A stretch of 63,081 nucleotides of DNA, filler included, from Octopus bimaculoides (Eukaryota), in the NCBI RefSeq assembly GCF_001194135.2. It is 7 parts of 6 records of this genome, joined end to end, with 100 filler letters (N's around TTAATTAATTAA, not from the genome) between each part and the next. Parts side by side here need not be neighbours in the genome. Positions count along the whole stretch, not along the records: positions 49,388 to 56,717 come from NC_068993.1; positions 56,818 to 60,555 come from NC_068986.1; positions 60,656 to 63,081 come from NC_068992.1; 4 more parts are not named here. One strand, written 5' to 3'. The notes under the pieces are model-generated. The model did not search any database. It saw only the letters and a list, made by a program, of their open reading frames with translations, and was not told the origin of the DNA. The position numbers and the translations under genes were made by a program. Shown piece by piece: positions 52,460 to 63,081 of the stretch; position 1 is the first letter of the stretch; each line of letters begins with the position of its first letter.

Positions 52460-52850
52460 CTGTTTTTTTTTCATCTTTTACTTGTTTCCGTCATTGGATT
52501 GTAGCGTTGCTGGGGCAACACTTTACAAGCTTTAATCAGATAAATCAACTCCAGTTCTTTATTTTAAAGTCTGGTGTTCATTTTATCGGCTATTTTTGCC
52601 AAACCCCTAAATTCTGGGCTTGTAAACAAACCAACACTGGTTGTCAAGCAATGGTGAGAGCAAAACACACATACACACAAATATATATGACAGCCTTCCA
52701 CTCAACTTCACTGTACCAAATTCACTCAGAGAGACTGATTGGTCTGGGACTATAGTAGAAGACACCCAATGTGTCACACAGTTGGACTGAACCCAAATCC
52801 ACATAGTTGCAAAACATGCTTCTTAACCACATAGCCATGCCTGCACCTAG
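52460..52850 (-). mobile_element. SINE family A, diverged intronic copy
   Basis: Tail, 3' module, core and head in reverse; a second fragmented copy follows at ~52880-53070. Confidence 0.75.
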
Positions 52851-53077
52851 ATGCGAACTGCTCTGCTACTGTATATATGTTCTTTTATTCTTTTACTTGT
52901 TTCATTCAATTGACTGGACTTATTCTTTGTAAGCCTGCTGCTTATTCTATCAGTGTCTTCCGCCGAACTGCTTAGTTAACAGGGACATGAACACACACAC
53001 ACATATATATATACAACGGGCTTCTTTCAATTTCCATCTCCAAATCTACTCACAAGCCTGAGGCTAGAATAAAAGAC

Positions 53078-53120
53078 TATTTGGGCCGGATATGGCTGGT
53101 TTAAATGCTAAAGGGTTAAT
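53078..53120 (-). mobile_element. Terminal fragment of a piggyBac-like MITE family
   Basis: Reverse complement TTAACCCTTTTAGCATTTAAACCAG matches the left end of the element at 55491. Confidence 0.55.
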
Positions 53121-53300
53121 ATTCAATGCAGACACTCTTTGCAATAGTATGCTCTACATTATCTTGGTACTAAATTGCAGCTAAAAGTATTTCTCTTTTT
53201 GGAATAAGTTCAGTTGAGCATTTTGTAGCTGTAGATCCATGTGGCTTATAACATTTTGGTGCTAAGCACAACCTAAACCATTTTTTTGTTTCTTCTTCAG

Positions 53301-53456
53301 CAACATCTGAAGGTACATATAGCGGCCTCGACAATCAGTGGGGTGGTGCATGCAAACACAAAGGAATGCGTTTGAAACTGGACATCTGCTGCTCTTCAAC
53401 CACGGCATCTCCAGGAGGCAAAAGCCATACGAAATCTTCGAGGAGACATACAACAG
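53301..53456 (+). CDS. Efn: Ephrin exon: end of receptor-binding domain and start of stalk
   Basis: Acceptor TTTTTTTGTTTCTTCTTCAG, donor ACAG|GTGAGT; 156 nt, phase 1-1, in frame with the previous exon. (T)TSEGTYSGLDNQWGGACKHKGMRLKLDICCSSTTASPGGKSHTKSSRRHTT contains the ephrin TS-x-G...GG-x-C...M-R/K-L motif. Confidence 0.92.
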
Positions 53457-54136
53457 GTGAGTTCCCATCTTGAGATATTCTGTAAATATTAAATTTACAT
53501 ACAGCCAACTTTAAAGGAGTTTCAGATATATGCAGAGAAGAAAAAAAAAATGTGATTTAAAAAAAAAAATTTTATTGCTTAGAAGAAGAGCTGTGACTGT
53601 AGTGGCCTGTTTTGAGGGATATTGGGTAAAGCTCTTTATATCTGCAGGTTTGAAACCTGACCTGAAAGTTTACAACAAAATGGTTTCCACTAAAGGCTCT
53701 CAAAGGTCCAAGTTGAGCTCAGAACATAAAAAGCCCAGAAGAAATTACTGCATGGCATTTTGTCTAATGCTTTCATGATTCTGCTAATCCATTATCCTAT
53801 GATAACGGTTTCTGATTTAGGTGCATAGCCAACAGTTTTGAGAAGAGCAGTTAGTCAATTATATTGAGCTTGGTACTTTAATTTATTGCCTCCTTCTCCC
53901 CATAAAAGAGGGGTGAAAATCAAAATTGACTTCAGCAGGAGTTGAAACCAGAGTGTAAAGTGCGAAAAGAAATACTGCAAGATGCTTTAACAATTCTGTC
54001 AATCTGCCAATCCACTGCCTTATAGTTGTAGTAATTGTAATAATAATAATGATAATAATAATAATAATAACAAGTATTGTTTTCTTTGTGTCATCGATCA
54101 TCAGAAATTACTGCTTGTCCTCTCTCTACTCTTTAG

Positions 54137-54298
54137 TGACGCCGGTGAGTTATCCAAAGCAAACTACTTCAACTCTGAGGAGAGTAAAGATGACCACCAC
54201 ACCGATTATTTCCACCACCACCACCACAACGAAACTTCCTATTAGTACAACCACTGTCTACAGGAAAACAATTCATAGCTATGACACAAAAATCATTG
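54137..54298 (+). CDS. Efn: Ephrin exon: Thr-rich mucin-like stalk
   Basis: Acceptor TCTCTCTACTCTTTAG, donor ATTG|GTGAGT; 162 nt, phase 1-1, open in the ephrin frame: (V)TPVSYPKQTTSTLRRVKMTTTPIISTTTTTTKLPISTTTVYRKTIHSYDTKII. Confidence 0.8.
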
Positions 54299-54939
54299 GT
54301 GAGTATGTCTACAGCTTGGTGTTTNNNNNNNNNNNNNNNNNNNNNNNNNNNNNNNNNNNNNNNNNNNNNNNNNNNNNNNNNNNNNNNNNNNNNNNNNNNN
54401 NNNNNNNNNNNNNNNNNNNNNNNNNNNNNNNNNNNNNNNNNNNNNNNNNNNNNNNNNNNNNNNNNNNNNNNNNNNNNNNNNNNNNNNNNNNNNNNNNNNN
54501 NNNNNNNNNNNNNNNNNNNNNNNNNNNNNNNNNNNNNNNNNNNNNNNNNNNNNNNNNNNNNNNNNNNNNNNNNNNNNNNNNNNNNNNNNNNNNNNNNNNN
54601 NNNNNNNNNNNNNNNNNNNNNNNNNNNNNNNNNNNNNNNNNNNNNNNNNNNNNGGCTCTCAAAAGTTGTTCTTCCAAAAGAATCTATTTAGCTAATTTAT
54701 ACAGATAATTTCTGAAATGACAGCATCGAGAATAACAGAAAATCCAAGCTAACAGCACTTTTGAAAATTGCCATAAAGTTAAGAAAACTGCTACAATGCA
54801 TTAGTTTGTTTACAGCCCCTTCTGCCATTTTGAAAATGCTTTTAGTTAATTTTAAAATGTCATTTTTCCTCACCCAAATTGTCTCCACTACTTTTAGCAG
54901 TTAGTAAAGTTGTATTCCTTCTATTGTATCTCTGTTTCT

Positions 54940-54987
<48 letters not shown>

Positions 54988-55490
54988 AGCCACTTTATTT
55001 ACATAATAAATGTATTTAAAAATATTTCTTAGAAATAGAAAATTCACAATAACAACATCCTAAATCCTTATGGTTGCTGGTATTTGGGATGTTTACTATA
55101 AAATCAGTCCAGTGGAGTATATTTTTAAACTCAAAGATTTTGTCTTCGGTTAGAAGTATTTCAAGAGAGGCGAGATATACCAGAAGCTGTGGTTCCTCCC
55201 TCGTTGCCTCATTCTATGGGCCAATAATTTAAACACGTCATTATAAACTGGTGAGAGACACTCATCAAATTAAGCAATGCCACATCTGGTATCTATTTAC
55301 AGCTATGTGAACTGAGCCATTCATATTTAATGTCTGTCACCTCAGATACACTGTGCTGTTAATGACACATACAAACTATTGACCTTTCAGCTAGTCGGAT
55401 GGCTTCCCGTCAACACCATCAGTTTTGGTTCTTCACAGCATCACCCCAAAATATGTTGGTGTTGTTGTTGTTGTTTAGGTCTAGGGTGTC

Positions 55491-55713
55491 TCTTTAGCAT
55501 TTAAACCAGTCTTATCTTACTCAAACATTCAACCAGTTTTGTATTCAAATTGACTAGATCTGCCCTCTTACACCTACACTGCAATGTCATTCTAAAAATA
55601 AACAATCACATCGTTGAAATCTCAAAGCTATGAAATAATAGATGATTAATTCAAAACAACGTGTATAAATAAACATTACATTCGACAGAATAATCTGTAA
55701 GCTAAAGGGTTAA
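55491..55713 (+). mobile_element. Non-autonomous piggyBac-like element (MITE)
   Basis: Right end GCTAAAGGG-TTAA, left end CTTTAGC (outer bases degraded); the TTAA target and CCCT-type TIR are piggyBac features. Confidence 0.6.
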
Positions 55714-56013
55714 AACATCCTAGCTATGATCACTCCATTTTATTTTCATGAATTTTATCAAGGATCACACTGTTCCAATGTGTTACGACAATTTGGCTAG
55801 TTTTTTAGCAGGTCAAGTAACTATGTTGAGACTCCTTTTCTGACATGTATTCATGTAGATGTGTATCATATAGTTTTAACATTCACTTGTTTGTTTTACA
55901 TCCGTTTTTCTATGTGAGTATTGGTTAGACGAACACTTATAGATTTGCGTTAATGTGTATCTGTATGTAGCTGTAGTATTAAATATAACTTGCTTTTATT
56001 TTGTCTTTTACAG

Positions 56014-56183
56014 AAGCAGACTTCGACAAGCAAAGCCCTGGCATAACCAAACAGAATTCTGAAATTAATGCGACTGGCCCTAAGAATATGGGACTTATAA
56101 ACAGTTCTGGGTTTCCACGCTGCTCTTGGACTCTGTTGTTCGCACTTATCCATGTCTGCCAATGGGTGCTTCTATCACGATAG
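56014..56183 (+). CDS. Efn: Ephrin terminal coding exon with GPI-anchor-signal-like C-terminus
   Basis: Acceptor TTTTATTTTGTCTTTTACAG; phase-1 continuation (E)ADFDKQSPGITKQNSEINATGPKNMGLINSSGFPRCSWTLLFALIHVCQWVLLSR*. Small residues N-S-S-G, a short spacer, then a hydrophobic tail ending at the stop. An AATAAA lies at 56237-56242. Confidence 0.82.
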
Positions 56184-56717
56184 TCCCCTGCTTAGGAACT
56201 GGTTTCTTATAAGTGTCAAAAGGCACTTTCCAAAATAATAAATACATACATACATGCATACGTACATACATAAACACACATGTATATGTATATTCATACA
56301 TGCACACCTTACCACAATTGCTGAGAAAAAATGAAAAAAATTTTTTTTTTCCCATCCTTTCCACTCCACCCCCATCCCCCCACATGCAAGGAAGCTGCTG
56401 CTGCTGCTGCTGCAATGTACACCTGCTGCCGCTGCTGCTGTTGCTGCTAACTTTTATTCCCTTAACATGTCTTATGACTTCTTTGACACTGCATGGATGC
56501 ATGCACAGACGGATGCATGCACGACTGGATGGAGGGATGGATGGATGGACGGATGGACGGGTGGATGGATGCCTGGTTAAAAAAAAGAAAAATGAAACTA
56601 AAAATAACAACAAATAAATAAACAAACAAACAAACCAACAAAGAAACAAACCAGAAAAAAGATGGACCGATGAATGCATGGACGTATGATGTATGGATGT
56701 ATGTCACTGCTTCCTAT

Positions 56718-56817
56718 NNNNNNNNNNNNNNNNNNNNNNNNNNNNNNNNNNNNNNNNNNNNTTAATTAATTAANNNNNNNNNNNNNNNNNNNNNNNNNNN
56801 NNNNNNNNNNNNNNNNN
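56718..56817. other. Artificial 100-nt scaffold-join spacer
   Basis: N44-TTAATTAATTAA-N44. Confidence 0.97.
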
Positions 56818-57690
56818 GTGTGTGTACATGACAATTTGCGTAAATGCTTGGATTGTATATATTTACTTATCGGAAACTTTTATGTAACCTCCGAACATAC
56901 ACAGGTACATACACCACCAGAAGCATTTTTAGATATAAGTATACATATGTATGCGTGTGTTTTCTACTAGTATTGTTATTTAATAACTCCTGACCCACTT
57001 ATAAATATTACGCAAATTATCCAATTTCTTTTTTTAAGAGAAATTCCTAGATGAAGAAATTTAGTTATGCCTGATTTCTGTCATGTCCGAAGCAATTCAG
57101 ATGCAATTATTTATATCATTTTATTTATTTAATTACTTATTTAAAGACTTATAACTATTTGTGGATCTGAACTTTGAATTACTTATACAGCCCTATTAGA
57201 AAAACCTTGTAGCGCCCTTTCATGAAGAGAATCAATATTTAAGGAAACATTTTTCTGTCACATTGTGTATGGCAAACAAATAAAGTATGCTATTTTTATT
57301 GTAAATTCTAAATCTAACCTGCATTTTAATATATGGTATTATGACTTCAGAATGTTAAAGGGTACATCCAAGTATTGTATGTATTAAAAAAATGTGCTAA
57401 ACTTAAGTGTAATTATGAGTATCAACAAGACGAAGAAAGGATTAATCTAGTTTAGCAAATCGTGTACGGTGCATCAAAATACAATGACGTCTTCTTTTTT
57501 AGTTGGTACGGATTCAAATCTGCTAACATTGATAACGACATTGGAAAAGCTATGAGCCGCTAATTATTCTAATTATCGTCTTTATAAAATTTTAAGCAAA
57601 AATCCATTAAATTAATGAGCGTTATTAAGGAAATTATTTATGAAGTTTCCATAAATCAGTGAGGCACCGAGTTGGCATAATTGTTTTACA

Positions 57691-57852
57691 GGCGCAGGAG
57701 TGGATATGTAGTAAGTATCTTGCTTACCAACCACATAGTTCCGGGTTCAGTCCCACTGCATGGCACCTTGGGAAAGTGTCTTCTACTATAGCCTCAGGCC
57801 AATCAAAGCGTTGCGGGTGGATTTGGTAGACGGAAACTATAAGAAGCCCGTC

Positions 57853-57886
<34 letters not shown>

Positions 57887-58071
57887 NNNNNNNNNNNNNN
57901 NNNNNNNNNNNNNNNNNNNNNNNNNNNNNNNNNNNNNNNNNNNNNNNNNNNNNNNNNNNNNNNNNNNNNNNNNNNNNNNNNNNNNNNNNNNNNNNNNNNN
58001 NNNNNNNNNNNNNNNNNNNNNNNNNNNNNNNNNNNNNNNNNNNNNNNNNNNNNNNNNNNNNNNNNNNNNNN

Positions 58072-58131
<60 letters not shown>

Positions 58132-58320
58132 TGTGTCTGTATTTGTCCCCCAAACATCGTTTGACAACCAATGCTGCTGTGTTTACGTCCCCGTAATTTA
58201 GCGGTTCGGCAAAAGTATAGAATAAGTACTAGGCTTACAAAGAATATATCCTGGGCTCGATTTACTCGACTAAAGCAATGCCTTAGCATGACCGCAGTCA
58301 AATTACTGAAACAAGTAAAA
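57691..58320 (+). mobile_element. SINE family A, full-length with a gap inside its microsatellite
   Basis: GGCGCAGGAGTGG head through ACTGAAACAAGTAAAA tail. Confidence 0.85.
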
Positions 58321-58881
58321 TAATGTCTTAGCATTCATTAGTTATCTTGGAGAAGCCCACATTGAACGTAAAGGATGATTTGAAGAAGCAGACGTTACAA
58401 TTCAGCGAAACTTGTGTCAGTTATACGGTACTCTCCCCATATAGCGTTGAGATGTAACTTATATTTGTACCTAATTGAGTGAGTGTATCTAATTACTGAG
58501 ACAGGACGTGTCCCTACAATTTAATAAGTGCGATGTCTTCAATCGATAGACTTCCCTAACTGTGACTCGTTAGACAATCTTAAACGAATGTCAGTCTTTG
58601 GATTTATTAGAATGAGTAACCTCAATGCGATCAGCTGAAGAGGCTCCCTAGCTATATATGATGGCTCTGACGAAAGTAATATTAATTTTTGGGGGTCGTT
58701 TAGTTTTTCTCAGCTGATCAATTGAGCAATTGAGTAAACCTATCAGTAACGTACCTATAATGACCACTAGAAACAGCTGTAAGTGAAATTTACTCTAAGG
58801 AAAAATATGTAATGACCATTATTTATACCTTGTCTTATATGTGTGTGTATACGTGTGCATGTATGTGTATATATGTATGTA

Positions 58882-58953
<72 letters not shown>

Positions 58954-60541
58954 TGTGTGTGTGTGTGCGTGTGCGTGTGCGCGTGTCTGTGTATGTACTT
59001 TTGCTGTTCATTTGATAATATTATGAGATATGTTTCTTTTCTTTATATTTGTATTATCTACAGCTTTGGAGATTTAGCACGAACAGATTTTTTTTCTTTG
59101 TATGTCGTGTAAATGGCAATAATAACGATCAAGAAGCGAAACAATTACTAAATATATTGGAGGAAAATCCTACTTCTTTACTCCTAGAATCCTAGAATTG
59201 CTTTTTCTTCCCTGGGGAAAATATAACTAAGGCTTTCAATTTTGCGTTCTACAACTGCAATCAAATCAGAAGTGTAATTCGGAGCAAACATTTTTTTTTG
59301 CAACATTTTGTTTAGACAAGTCTGAAAGGTATTGAATAAACAACTGTTATTATTCGTTTATTTCACTGAACGACTTACACACAAAATAGCCTTCTAGTCT
59401 ATCTAATTCACTAAGATAGAAGCTAGATAGATTGGCGGGAATGCCATGTGTGTCCGCGCACTGTTGTTTTCTATGATTTGTATAAAGTAAATAGAAGCCC
59501 GAAAATTATCGAAAACAAAAGAGTATCTAAATTTAAGGAACATATTATTAAATGCAACAATTTTCATTGCTTGTCCACCATAAAAGGGGAAAAACATTAT
59601 TCTAAAATGCATAGCATTTTATCTTTATCTTACAATTAGAACTTTTGCTAAACCGCGTATTCTCTCAATACTGTCTTGAGGTTTTGGGGAGACACAATTT
59701 ATGACTATTTCAGCAAACCTCATTACAGCTTGCTCAACTCTGGCTTATATTTATTTTTGTTTCAGAGATTCTTTTTTAGTAATCTCGTTATCAGTATCTT
59801 TATTTCCTACATACTGGTGAATGTTATGGTGGTAATGGAAAGAATTGATGAAGGTGAGAGAAAGTAGTATTTACCTTTTACCTGCTTCAGTCATTAGACT
59901 GCGGCCATGCTAAGTAACCGCATTGCATATGTATATGTATACTCATTTTTTCAACAAATGTCAGTCCTTCCCATCAACTTCATTTGAGGGCTTAGCATAA
60001 GGTTTGCTGCACCTACCTTATTTAATACAAAGACATATACATACACGTCCACATATAGTTTTAAGATTGACCCTTCCCATCTACACTTCTTGCTCTTTCC
60101 AAACACAACAATCCCAATGCTATCAGAGTGTATTGCCTCATACACCCTGATGTTACTACCTGAGCCCTATCTAACGGGCATAACTCGAGCGAAGAAAAAC
60201 AATTCCTAACTTTTCTGTTTGTTCCGTTCCTTAGACACCCTCAGACCGGATAACACACTTTCTGACCTCCAGTGGTATAAGTCCGCGTAATCCTATTTTT
60301 ACCAGCTCTCCTTAAGAGTGCCTAGAATGGTTTTCCACACTCATGCACAAACTGGATTTACAAAATAGGCTGAAATAGAGCCGTGTAAAAATACTGTATA
60401 TAAACATTTATTTACACACTTTATTGACGAATATATGAGATCCTCTTTTACTGTTAATTTTCTGCTCATGGATTTTAGATGACTATACATATATACATAC
60501 ATACATTCATCCATATATATACATACATACATACATATATA

Positions 60542-60555
60542 AGATCGGAAGAGCA
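60542..60555 (+). other. Illumina adapter remnant at contig end
   Basis: AGATCGGAAGAGCA directly before the N run is the start of the TruSeq adapter read-through sequence. Confidence 0.9.
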
Positions 60556-60655
60556 NNNNNNNNNNNNNNNNNNNNNNNNNNNNNNNNNNNNNNNNNNNNT
60601 TAATTAATTAANNNNNNNNNNNNNNNNNNNNNNNNNNNNNNNNNNNNNNNNNNNN
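60556..60655. other. Artificial 100-nt scaffold-join spacer
   Basis: N44-TTAATTAATTAA-N44. Confidence 0.97.
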
Positions 60656-60711
<56 letters not shown>

Positions 60712-61135
60712 TTGTGTGTGTACACGAGAGAAGGTGAGAGACGGAAAAGGTAAATTTAAGCACAGAGAACATGTCATTGAAGAATACAAACAGGGACACA
60801 GACATTCTATCATCAGCAATCACAAAGTAACAGAGAATATCAAACAGGCAGCAAAATTCTTTCGACTGAAATAAAACAGGATAGACAGAGAATAATGGAC
60901 ATAAAACTAACGCTGAGGCGAAATGAGAGCTCATTTCAAACTTAGTTAAATTCCGTGTATGACCGTGACTAGGTGTCCATAAGTGTGTATCGCTAATTAG
61001 TTCTAGCAATGTCTCTGTTATAACATTTGTAATTACAAGACTGCTGTACAAATATTGTAAAAAAACTTTAAAAAAACTGTCATATTGCAAGTAGACTGTC
61101 AGGGCTTACATGCAATAGATGTATGATGTCTACCT

Positions 61136-61500
61136 GTTCTGTTGGCACTTCGTCGCTTACGACGTCCAGGGTTCCAGTTGATCCAATCAACGGAACAGCC
61201 TGCTCGTGAAATTAACGTGAAAGTGGCTGAGCACTCCACAGACACGTGTACCCTTAACGTAGTTCTAGAGGAGATTCAGCGTGACACAGTGTGACAAGGC
61301 TGACCCTTTGAAATACAGGCACAACCGAAACAGGAAGAAAGAGTGAGAGAAAGTTGTGGTGAAAGAGTACAGCAGGGTTCGCCACCATCCCCTGGCGGAA
61401 CCTCGTGGAGCTTTAGGTGTTTTCGCTCTATAAACACTCACAACGCCCGGTCTGGGAATCGAAACCGCGAGTCCTAACCACTGGGCCATTGCGTCTCCAC
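61136..61500 (-). mobile_element. tRNA-derived SINE family C
   Basis: Near-identical to 44691-45076, but with a deletion between two CCGCGA direct repeats in the tRNA-like head. Confidence 0.88.
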
Positions 61501-61509
61501 TATGATGAC

Positions 61510-62215
61510 TACCAGAAGGCTACAAGAAGACTACCTAATAGTCGTTTGAGCGAGCGCTTTTTCTGCCAGATATTTAAAACAGCATTTGAGATGCGAGTGT
61601 AGTAGCCATCAACTCCTGCCTCCATATGTTTGGTGAGTGTCCAAGTAGTGGAATGAGACACAAGCATTGATTCCACTGTAGCACGGAATAAGCTTCTGAT
61701 ATGCTCGTCAAGGTGAGTGAAATCATCAAGTACAGACATGCTTTCAAGATGCGAAATCTTTCATTGCTTTCTGTAGAATGCAATGTTACTTCCTAAACAT
61801 ACCAAGGAGTTTAAAGATTTTAGAAGGGTATTCTTCATTGCAGTTTTCATTCCCACGTGATTGCTGCAGATGTATTCAGTTTTTGAGGCATTGGCATGAA
61901 TAACTTCTGCCTCTTTTTAAAGGTCAGGTGGAAGAGTGGTAACTTCTGAGATACTATGCGTAATGAGAGAGACAACAGTTGCATATTCTTAGTTAGTTAT
62001 CGTGATAAGGTGATAAGGGAAAGAGGATTCTTATTCTAGTGACGTTAAGTCCTTACATTTTATCAATTGACGTGCGAAGGACATAGTCCCCACTGTTTTT
62101 AAATAGAAAGAGTGCAAGCGTATCGCTCTGTAAGGCAGCTACATAGTCCAAACCATTCATAATTTGGAGAGTTGCAAGTGTAGCGCCCTGCAAGACACCT
62201 ACATGGTCCAAATAT
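61510..62215 (-). mobile_element. Decayed RTE-clade LINE reverse transcriptase fragment
   Basis: GVLQGATLA (~GVLQGDTLAP), CLGSNI (~YLGS) and IRSLFRATVESMLVSHSTTWTLTKHMEAGVDGYYTR (~IRLFRATVESVLLYGSETWTLTK..LDGCYTR). Confidence 0.7.
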
Positions 62216-62696
62216 TTATAAACAGGAAGGATGCATGCGTATCTTCTTATTGATGCTGAAGAAGTCGATGTCTCTGTCAGATGAACTTAGGATCTAGTCC
62301 TTTCGTAAAGCATACTTACTGTAACTATTTCTTATAGGGCATATCGTACGAAAGAGGAATTTCCCCCTATCTTTCCTGTGTAAACTGTACCGAAGCCTTT
62401 TAGAAAAACAACTTCCAGGAAAAACTGTATCAAGATTTTTTTTTATCCCGACTCTCGAATGATTTTTCTGACTGCTAAAATTTCTCCAGTAGTAGACGAA
62501 CGATTGCTAAACCAAATCTGTTTTACTTACAAGACCTTACTGAGTGTATTTCTGTATGCGAGCGCTTGTGTGTATATGTGTATGTATGTCTATGCTTACA
62601 TACACATGCTCATAAATACACATATTTAGATGTACTTATATACATATACGCGTATAATATATAGCTACACATGTATGAATATACATGCTTCTATGC

Positions 62697-62735
<39 letters not shown>

Positions 62736-63081
62736 TATGCATGTCATGCACATATACACACGCGCCTAGTATAAACCATATGTATGTCTTTCCATTTTAC
62801 TTTATTTGAATATTTCTTCGAAATAAGGAGCTGCGTTCTATCAACGAAACAAAGCCCCATTGCTAAAACTTAGATAACAACTCTACGTATGCATATAACT
62901 GAGTTCTATGATGCATGTATGTATGAGTAACCATTTGTGCGTGTGCGTGTGTATGAGTGGATGCATGCTTGGATATATCAGTATGTATCACAATGTATGT
63001 ACACATATAAGCATATGTTTATACATTGTTTGTATATCCATTTATATATATATATACATACATAAATACATACATACATAC

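Overview
AT-rich, microsatellite-dense eukaryotic genomic DNA. The repeat families and low gene density suggest a coleoid cephalopod, most likely Octopus (inferred from repeat types, not database-confirmed). The window has many N gaps and six artificial 100-nt scaffold-join spacers. One protein-coding gene is supported: a + strand ephrin. Four exons at 50587-50758, 53301-53456, 54137-54298 and 56014-56183 join in frame with canonical GT-AG sites. They encode the C-terminal part of an ephrin receptor-binding domain, a Thr/Ser-rich mucin-like stalk and a GPI-signal-like hydrophobic tail with no cytoplasmic domain (ephrin-A-like topology). A candidate signal-peptide first exon lies at 229-298, and the exon(s) for the first part of the ephrin domain were not found with confidence. 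The ~50 kb between is transposon debris: tRNA-derived SINEs of at least four families, RTE and R4/Dong-like LINE fragments, Tc1/mariner and maT pieces, MITEs, a Ty3/Gypsy gag-pol fragment and an older Gypsy integrase. The most notable observations are: (1) the GPI-type ephrin, with a hidden perfect splice donor that would give a soluble isoform through an 8-nt microexon; (2) an RTE LINE carrying three C2H2 fingers, fused in frame to a mariner HTH; (3) a SINE trimer joined at a fixed register and flanked by one TSD; (4) a 33-bp intronic hairpin. There is no CRISPR, rRNA or true tRNA gene. Nearly all ORF-track entries are microsatellite or gap artefacts. TE boundaries are approximate unless stated.
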